This document shows positions 16,962-23,861 of a stretch of 55,247 nt of DNA, one piece after another. Each line of letters begins with the position of its first letter. Position 1 is the stretch's first letter. This stretch comes from Candidatus Woesebacteria bacterium (GTDB taxonomy: Bacteria > Patescibacteriota > Microgenomatia > Woykebacterales > 2-01-FULL-43-14): positions 1 to 55,247 of the forward strand of contig JAGVAV010000031.1 in NCBI GenBank assembly GCA_020060105.1, written 5' to 3'. Made by a program: the position numbers and the translations under genes. The notes beneath the pieces were generated by a model that did no database searches, was not told where the DNA came from, and was given only the letters and a program-made list of their open reading frames with translations.

Positions 16962-19900
16962 ATGCAAACAAAAAATTTTATGAGCTTTTCTGATTTCACT
17001 AACCTTTACGCGCTCTCAAAAACTTTGCGGTTTGAATTGAGACCAATTGGACGTACAGAAGAATTTTTTAAGAAAAACAAAGTTTTTGAAAAAGATAAAA
17101 CTATTAATGACAGTTATAATCAGGCTAAACTGTATTTTGATGAAATGCATCGCCGATTGATTAGAGATGCCTTGAATACACAGAACACTTCTGCATTAGA
17201 TTACGAAAAATATGCAAAGCACTGGAAAGAACTCCAAAAAGACAAGGGTAAATATATTCAAAATTGGAAAGACGCGCAAAAGGAATTTAGGGAATGTATT
17301 TCCAATCTTTTGGATCAGCAAGCGGAACAGTGGAAATCGAAGTATGCGTCAGTTGGTTTGAATAAAGCTGACATAAAACAGAAAGGCACTGATTTTCTTA
17401 GCTCTGCAGGTATGGTGAAAATTTTAAAGAAAGAGTTTCCTAAAGAAGCGGAAAATCAACTTGTCAAAGAAGGTTTTCCAAGCTTATTTATTCAAAAGGC
17501 TGAAGCTCCAGAACAAAAGCAGTATATTTTTGATAGTTTTGACAGATTCTCAACATACTTAGCAAAATTTAACCAAACCCGAGATAATCTTTATAAAGAC
17601 GACGGAACTCCTACAGCAATAGCGACAAGGGTAGTCGAAAACTTTGTGGCTTTCTTGCAAAATCAAGCTATTTTTAACAACCACTACATATCGCTAAAAA
17701 GCGAGCTTGATTTCTCACGAGAAGAAATAGATTGTTTTACAGCAAATTACTATGTACGTTGCTTACTGCAGGAAGATATTGATGAGTATAACAAAACTAT
17801 CGGTCAGATAAACGCTCGCATTAAAGAACTTCGTGACCGTAAACAAAAAGAAAGCGATTTTAAAAAATCAGGCTATCCGTTGCTAAAATCTTTGAATAAG
17901 CAAATCCTCGGGAAAATTGAAAAGAAAAGGCAGTTCATTGAAAACAAAGCAGACGTCTTTCCCGCTTTTAGCGAACTTATTGAGCAGGCAAACGCACGAC
18001 TTACTGCATTAAGGCAGTTAATAAACAATCTTTGTGAAGAAGTGTTTGAAGAAGCGTATGGGGGCATTTACATAAAAAATACTGGTATTAATACCATTTC
18101 TCGCCGGTGGTTCGCAAGCTGGTATGATTTTGAAATTGCTTTACCACAAAAAAGTAAAAATGAGGAAGAATCAAAAGTAGTAACATTTGTATCGCTTCAG
18201 GATATTAAAGATACTTTAGAAAATAAGTTAAGTGGAGATATATTTAAGGAAGAGTATTACAAGAAAAAAATAATCAATAAAGAACAAAGCAATTGGAAAC
18301 AAATTTTGGCGATTCTACAAAATGAGTGGAATGAGCTTTTCAGCGAATACCAAAAGGCGCTTGAAAATACCAAGAAGCTTGATCTAAATTCTGTTTTCTC
18401 AAATAGTAAAGAACAAGTAGAAATTATTAAAAGTTTTGCAGATGCTTCTTTACGCGTTTATCAAGTGGTTAAATATTTTGCCCTCGAGCATAAAAAGTCG
18501 GATGAGATTCCCAGTTCTTACAGTACTGATTTTTATGAGGAGTTTGATAAGCAGTATAACAATTTTGAGTTTATTCCTTACTATAATGCATTAAGAAACT
18601 TTCTCACAAAAAAGGTAGTTGGGGAAAATAAAATAAAAATTAATTTTGAAAAAGGTAACTTACTTAACGGTTGGGCAGAAAGTCCTGAGGGTAATGCTCA
18701 ATTTTGTGGCTACATATTAAAAAAAGAAAATAAATATTTTTTAGGTATAACTGATCAACCTACAATACTTGATACTAAAGATAACCCCAGCTTAACCAAC
18801 ATAACAGATAAGGAATATTACGAAAAAATGGCTTACCGTCAACTGAAATCAACAACAATTTATGGTTCTGGCTATGAGGGTTTATATAACAGTAAGTATG
18901 CAAACGACAAAAAGTACATCAGTGAAAGTAAAATTATAGAGCGAGTTAAAAAATTACTGCAGGAAAAATATCTTACGCGTTTTCCGGAACTTAAACAGAT
19001 TATTGAGAAAGAATATAAAGATGCAAATGAACTTGCTAAAAACCTAGGAAACTTTAATTTATATAGTTTAGAATTTATTCCTGTCAATAAGAATTATATT
19101 GAAAAATTAACACATGATAAAAATGGAAGTATTAAATACTTATATATTTTTGAAATTGCGAACAAAGATCTCGGGAAAATAACACCTAGGAAATACAATA
19201 TACATTCTCTTTATTTTAAAAATCTTTTTAGTGAAGATAATTTAGAAAAACCGGTATTTAAATTAAGTGGTGGAGCAGAGATATTTTTTAGACCTAAAAC
19301 AGTGAATTTACCAAAGAAAAAAGATAAAGCAGGCAAAGATATTATAGATCATAAAAGATATGCCCAAGACAAGCTGTTCTTCCATTTACCAATTGTTATC
19401 AACTTTGGAGCTGGGAAGGTAGGAAAGTTTAACCAAGAGCTAAATAAAAAATTATTGGCTGGCAATAAGAATATAAATATAATAGGGATAGACCGCGGTG
19501 AAAAACATCTAGCCTACTATTCTGTCATAAATCAAAAAGGTGAGATTATTGAACAGGATAGTCTAAATGAAATAAATGGTGTCAACTACTATGGTCTGCT
19601 CCAAAAGCGTGAAAAAGAACGTTTGGAAAATCGTAAGTCTTGGCTCCCGCTTCAGCAAATTAAAGATCTCAAAAGAGGCTATATTTCACAGGTTGTTTAT
19701 AAAATTGTTAGGTTAGCAATAGAACATAACGCTATTATTGTATTAGAAGATCTTAATATGCGCTTTAAACAAATCCGCGGAGGTATTGAAAAAAGTATTT
19801 ATCAACAACTGGAGAAAGCATTAATTGATAAACTTGGCTACCTCGTTTTTAAAGATCGCAATGCAAAAGAAGTTGGAGGTGTCCTACAAGGGTATCAACT

Positions 19901-20753
19901 TTCAGCACCTTTCGAGTCATTCCAAAAGATAGGAAAGCAAACCGGCATCATATTCTATACTCAAGCAAGCTATACATCGGTTACAGATCCTTTAACTGGA
20001 TTTAGGAAAAATATTTACGTTAGTAATTCTGCTCCAATCGAAAAAATAAAAGTTGCAATAAATAATTTCGAGGAAATTGGTTGGGATGATGTAGTACAAA
20101 GCTACTTCTTCAACTATGACACGAAAAACTTTTCTAATGGTAATGATATCCAATCAAAAAAATGGAAAATCTATGCCAAAGTCCCGCGTATTAAAAGAGA
20201 AAAAGTTAACGGGTACTGGCAATACAACGATGTTGATCCAAACGATATGCTCGAAAAACTTTTTAGGCTCTATGAATTTAAAAACCTTCGCAGTAATATG
20301 CTGGAACAAATCCATGCAAAAGAAACTAATGGGGAGCTTCGAGGGGAACGTGATTTTGATAACAAGCCGAGAAATTTCTATCAGTCATTAGTTTATATCT
20401 TGAATCTTATTTTACAACTAAGAAATTCTACTTCAAAACAGATAAAACTGAACGAAAAAGAAGATGTTTATGAAACAGGAGAAGATGTTGACTTTATCGC
20501 TTCGCCAGCGTATCCATTTTTCACTACGCTTAGCAGTAAATCAAATAGTAATCTCGCGGGCTTCGAAAACCGCTTTACAGGACTAAATCACGATCAGGAA
20601 CAAAAAAAGTTTAATGGGGATGCAAATGGAGCTTATAACATCGCACGCAAGGGAATAATAATTCTTGAAAGGATTACTAAAAATTCAGATAAACCAAATC
20701 TCTATATAAGCAATGAAGATTGGGATAAATTTGTTTCTCAAAGTTACCCCTAG
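16962..20753 (+). CDS. cas12a: Cas12a (Cpf1), type V-A CRISPR effector nuclease
   Basis: GGAGG lies 7 nt upstream of the ATG at 16962; the track's TTG at 16929 is unlikely. The N terminus FTNLYALSKTLRFELRPIGRT is the hallmark Cas12a start. Split RuvC motifs are IIGIDRGE (D844), IVLEDLN (E929) and GDANGAYNIARKG (D1220). A KRY..DKLFFHLPI segment is present and no HNH insert. Length 1263 aa. Confidence 0.95.
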   Translation: MQTKNFMSFSDFTNLYALSKTLRFELRPIGRTEEFFKKNKVFEKDKTINDSYNQAKLYFDEMHRRLIRDALNTQNTSALDYEKYAKHWKELQKDKGKYIQNWKDAQKEFRECISNLLDQQAEQWKSKYASVGLNKADIKQKGTDFLSSAGMVKILKKEFPKEAENQLVKEGFPSLFIQKAEAPEQKQYIFDSFDRFSTYLAKFNQTRDNLYKDDGTPTAIATRVVENFVAFLQNQAIFNNHYISLKSELDFSREEIDCFTANYYVRCLLQEDIDEYNKTIGQINARIKELRDRKQKESDFKKSGYPLLKSLNKQILGKIEKKRQFIENKADVFPAFSELIEQANARLTALRQLINNLCEEVFEEAYGGIYIKNTGINTISRRWFASWYDFEIALPQKSKNEEESKVVTFVSLQDIKDTLENKLSGDIFKEEYYKKKIINKEQSNWKQILAILQNEWNELFSEYQKALENTKKLDLNSVFSNSKEQVEIIKSFADASLRVYQVVKYFALEHKKSDEIPSSYSTDFYEEFDKQYNNFEFIPYYNALRNFLTKKVVGENKIKINFEKGNLLNGWAESPEGNAQFCGYILKKENKYFLGITDQPTILDTKDNPSLTNITDKEYYEKMAYRQLKSTTIYGSGYEGLYNSKYANDKKYISESKIIERVKKLLQEKYLTRFPELKQIIEKEYKDANELAKNLGNFNLYSLEFIPVNKNYIEKLTHDKNGSIKYLYIFEIANKDLGKITPRKYNIHSLYFKNLFSEDNLEKPVFKLSGGAEIFFRPKTVNLPKKKDKAGKDIIDHKRYAQDKLFFHLPIVINFGAGKVGKFNQELNKKLLAGNKNINIIGIDRGEKHLAYYSVINQKGEIIEQDSLNEINGVNYYGLLQKREKERLENRKSWLPLQQIKDLKRGYISQVVYKIVRLAIEHNAIIVLEDLNMRFKQIRGGIEKSIYQQLEKALIDKLGYLVFKDRNAKEVGGVLQGYQLSAPFESFQKIGKQTGIIFYTQASYTSVTDPLTGFRKNIYVSNSAPIEKIKVAINNFEEIGWDDVVQSYFFNYDTKNFSNGNDIQSKKWKIYAKVPRIKREKVNGYWQYNDVDPNDMLEKLFRLYEFKNLRSNMLEQIHAKETNGELRGERDFDNKPRNFYQSLVYILNLILQLRNSTSKQIKLNEKEDVYETGEDVDFIASPAYPFFTTLSSKSNSNLAGFENRFTGLNHDQEQKKFNGDANGAYNIARKGIIILERITKNSDKPNLYISNEDWDKFVSQSYP

Positions 20754-20756
20754 GAT

Positions 20757-21296
20757 ATGGATTCAGCTATACCAATTTCTGCTATAAATGATTTTCTTTT
20801 CTGCCCGAAATCACTCTATCTGCATAGTGTGTATAGCTCCTTTGCGACTAACACCTATCATGACACACCGCAAATCCAAGGCGGAATCGCTCACGAAAAT
20901 ATTGAAAAAGGACAATACACTACCTCCAAACATGTTTTGCAGGGACTATCTGTTTACAGTGAAAGACTAGGGGTAAAAGGGAAAATAGATATTTACGATA
21001 TGGAAAAGGGGTTTTTAATCGAACGGAAATACAGAGTAAAACAGCTTTACAAAGGCTTTCAATACCAGCTCTATGCCCAGATGTATTGCCTGGAAGAAGC
21101 GGGATTTTCTGTGAAGCGGTTGTTTATTCAATCGCTTTCTGATAACAAACGCTATGAAATTGCCCTTCCGGCCGAAAAAGAAAAACAGGAATTTGAAAAA
21201 GTAATTGCCGAAATGAAAGCGTTTAACGCCATCGCTCTTTCAAATCACTCGTGTAGTCGTTGTCAAAATAACATTTATGGATTGTTAAATTGGTAA
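20757..21296 (+). CDS. cas4: Cas4 (RecB-like nuclease)
   Basis: N-terminal Cys (FLFCPKS), D..ExK nuclease motif (IDIYD...LIERKY), QxxxY (QYQLYAQ) and C-terminal CSRC. Sits 3 nt after cas12a. Confidence 0.85.
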   Translation: MDSAIPISAINDFLFCPKSLYLHSVYSSFATNTYHDTPQIQGGIAHENIEKGQYTTSKHVLQGLSVYSERLGVKGKIDIYDMEKGFLIERKYRVKQLYKGFQYQLYAQMYCLEEAGFSVKRLFIQSLSDNKRYEIALPAEKEKQEFEKVIAEMKAFNAIALSNHSCSRCQNNIYGLLNW

Positions 21297-21300
21297 AACC

Positions 21301-22254
21301 ATGTTGACACTTCCTGATTTCAAAGAAAAAAGAATTTTATCTGTTCAGGCCGATTACGGCCACGATAACTTATTGCAGTTAATCAATGACAACATTCGTT
21401 TCGCCCGCGACGGTGAGGGAGTGAGTCAAATATCAAGCCATTTAGTTTTTGCTGTTTTTATTATTGGGGACATGAGTGTTACCACCACTCTTCTTAAAAA
21501 GCTTACTGAACAAGGTATTTCCATTTTTTTTCTCAATCATAATCTGGCCGTAAAGGCGGTGATGATAGCGGAAGCGGAAGGAAATTACCTCCTTCGTCAA
21601 AAGCAGTACACCACAGCCGATGAGTTGAATATTGCAAGAAGAATTGTCGAAAATAAAATAATTTCTCAAGAGGCAGTTCTGAAAAAATGTCAGAAGGCGT
21701 ACCAGCTAAAAGTATTTGAGCGGGCCAGAGTAATGCTAAAAACTGCTAAAGATAGAGAAAAACTACTTGGGATAGAGGGAAACGTGGGGAAAGAATATTT
21801 CCAATCGTTGTTTGCCGATCTGGGCTGGGTTCGCCGTGCTCCGCAAACAAAAGAAGATATCCCTAACCTATTGCTTGATATTGGCTATACCTACCTCTTT
21901 AACTACTGCGACGCGCTCTTGCGCCTGTTTGGCTTTGATACCTACAAAGGCTACTATCACCAGTTATTTTTTCAGCGAAAATCTTTGGTATGTGATGTTA
22001 TGGAGCCGATGCGTCCGATCATTGACTATCAATTACTCAAAAGCTTCAATCTTAAGCAAGTAAAAGAAAAAGATTTTGTCTTTAAAAACGGCAGATTTGA
22101 CTTTAAAGACGGGTTTAAAACCAGTAAATTGTACAGTCCAATATTTTTGGAGACAATAAATGGGCGCAAAGAAGAAATTTACACTTATGTGCTTAACTTT
22201 TACCGTTATATAATGGACAACAAAAAGTATCAATTCCCGAAATTTATTATCTAG
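21301..22254 (+). CDS. cas1: Cas1 integrase
   Basis: 317 aa with GIEGNVGKEYF and GYYHQLFFQRKSLVCDVMEPMRPIID, which follow the Cas1 E/H/D-E active-site pattern. Sits 4 nt after cas4. Confidence 0.9.
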   Translation: MLTLPDFKEKRILSVQADYGHDNLLQLINDNIRFARDGEGVSQISSHLVFAVFIIGDMSVTTTLLKKLTEQGISIFFLNHNLAVKAVMIAEAEGNYLLRQKQYTTADELNIARRIVENKIISQEAVLKKCQKAYQLKVFERARVMLKTAKDREKLLGIEGNVGKEYFQSLFADLGWVRRAPQTKEDIPNLLLDIGYTYLFNYCDALLRLFGFDTYKGYYHQLFFQRKSLVCDVMEPMRPIIDYQLLKSFNLKQVKEKDFVFKNGRFDFKDGFKTSKLYSPIFLETINGRKEEIYTYVLNFYRYIMDNKKYQFPKFII

Positions 22255-22258
22255 ATCT

Positions 22259-22540
22259 ATGCTTATTGTCTCGTACGATTTTGCCAACGATAAAACCAGA
22301 ACAAGGTTTGCCAAGTTTTTAAAAAAGTATGGCTGGCGGATGCAGTATTCCGTGTTTGTGGTGAAAAACAGCCCCAGGATTTTACGCAACATTTTGACGG
22401 AAATCGATGCCCGCTATCAAAAGTTGATTAAGGACACTGACAGCATCGTGATTTTTCCGGTGTGTCTGAGTTGTAAAGGAAAAATAATCAGGTACGGTTG
22501 CGCAAGACATGAGCTTGACAATGTGGTATACTTTGAGTAA
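22259..22540 (+). CDS. cas2: Cas2
   Basis: 93 aa with an MLIVSYDF...RTRFAKFLKKYGWRMQYSVFVV ferredoxin-like Cas2 signature. Sits 4 nt after cas1. Confidence 0.85.
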   Translation: MLIVSYDFANDKTRTRFAKFLKKYGWRMQYSVFVVKNSPRILRNILTEIDARYQKLIKDTDSIVIFPVCLSCKGKIIRYGCARHELDNVVYFE

Positions 22541-22722
22541 GAACACTAAGTCAAATACGGGTAGCACATTGACAACTAATGACTAAAGTGGAAGTGTTAC
22601 TGTTTATATTTGAAGAAACCTTAGTCTTTATGAGCCTGTTTTTTGTTATTTTGAACTTAAAACCTAAAGTCTTCGCCAGCTGGCGGATTGCATCTTTAGC
22701 TTGTTCTGACAAGAAACAGGCT
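22541..22722 (+). promoter_or_regulatory. CRISPR leader (AT-rich)
   Basis: 182 nt between the cas2 stop and the first repeat. It contains a repeat-like half-site (22551-22570) and the palindrome CGCCAGCTGGCG (22674-22685). The promoter itself was not pinpointed. Confidence 0.5.
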
Positions 22723-23256
22723 CTCAAATACAAATAGTCCATTTCTACTTTTGTAGATAGCCAACTTCTTTTGCATTGCGATCTTCTCAAATACAAATAG
22801 TCCATTTCTACTTTTGTAGATAGATTTCTATTTGGCGGGGCGGCCCAACCTCAAATACAAATAGTCCATTTCTACTTTTGTAGATCACAAATAGTACCCA
22901 TCATCTGTCACTCAAATACAAATAGTCCATTTCTACTTTTGTAGATTCTTCCATTTCGCTTGCCTCTCCCAAACTCAAATACAAATAGTCCATTTCTACT
23001 TTTGTAGATCTGCCGAGAGGATCGGCTCCGGCGACTCAAATACAAATAGTCCATTTCTACTTTTGTAGATTACTGGTAGAAGTGTTGCTTTGTGCCTCAA
23101 ATACAAATAGTCCATTTCTACTTTTGTAGATCTACTAGGGCTCCAAACGGCGGTAGCTCAAATACAAATAGTCCATTTCTACTTTTGTAGATGAGATAGC
23201 ACTCTCTGCAAGTCTTTGCTCTCAAATACAAATAGTCCATTTCTACTTTTGTAGAT
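22723..23256 (+). CRISPR. CRISPR array: 9 identical 36-nt repeats and 8 spacers (25-28 nt)
   Basis: Repeat is CTCAAATACAAATAGTCCATTTCTACTTTTGTAGAT, starting at 22723, 22786, 22850, 22911, 22974, 23035, 23096, 23157 and 23221. Its 3' end folds as TCTAC-TTTT-GTAGA, which is the Cas12a crRNA handle and sets plus-strand orientation. Confidence 0.97.
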
Positions 23257-23277
23257 ACGAAACAACCAAACTAACAC

Positions 23278-23306
23278 TTGACAGGACTTTTTTTCTCTTT
23301 TATGAT
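23278..23306 (+). promoter_or_regulatory. Sigma70-like promoter for the surface-protein gene
   Basis: TTGACA (23278-23283), a 17-nt spacer and TATGAT (23301-23306). GGAGG lies at 23326-23330, upstream of the ATG at 23347. Confidence 0.5.
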
Positions 23307-23346
23307 TAAAATAGAGTTTAGTTTCGGAGGAAGAAAGTAAAACTCA

Positions 23347-23769
23347 ATGAAAATCCTGCCAAACCTCATAAATGAAAAGCTGTGGAAATCCTTATCCTTA
23401 ATCTTCTTTTTGTTTTTGCTTTTGTTTACCTTTTCTCTCTTAAAGCCCGGGGCGGCGGAAGCGGGGCAAATTACGGATATCAGCCTTTCGGTCAATACCG
23501 CCACGAAATCGGCTACCGCCACCTATAGCGCCACGTTTACTGTCGAAAATGAAATCCCCTCTTCAGGCGGCCGGATCAACCTGGAATTCTTTGGCCCAAA
23601 CTGGAATTATCCTAATTTTAATAGCGCCACGGTTGGCAGCGAAACCTCCCCGAATACCATTAGCATTTATTCTCGAAGTTACAATTATATTATTTTCAGC
23701 ACCTCCCAGGCCATCAGCGCCGGGACAGAGGTCACTTTAAAAATTGAAAACTCACCAATCCTTCGGTAG
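23347..23769 (+). CDS. N-terminal fragment (signal peptide plus first module) of a frameshifted LPETG surface protein
   Basis: Signal peptide LWKSLSLIFFLFLLLFTFSLLKPGAAEA. The frame ends at TAG 23767, but the neighbouring frame continues the protein from 23748. Confidence 0.6.
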   Translation: MKILPNLINEKLWKSLSLIFFLFLLLFTFSLLKPGAAEAGQITDISLSVNTATKSATATYSATFTVENEIPSSGGRINLEFFGPNWNYPNFNSATVGSETSPNTISIYSRSYNYIIFSTSQAISAGTEVTLKIENSPILR

Positions 23770-23861
23770 GCGGTTATTATTTCGCCCGTCTCTATACTTC
23801 CCAGTGGAGCACCCCTATTGACGGATCAAGCAACTGGGGCGGAAACTACCAAACTCCTTAT

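Noticed and set aside
22551-22805. 84-aa minus-strand ORF in the ORF track spanning the leader and the first two repeats
   Set aside because: It is a translation of the CRISPR repeats (MDYLYL recurs once per repeat) and the leader. It is an array artefact, not a gene.
16139-23340. Calling the AT-rich cas island a mobile element
   Set aside because: No integrase, transposase, terminal inverted repeats or direct-repeat flanks could be seen. The compositional shift is reported as a finding only.
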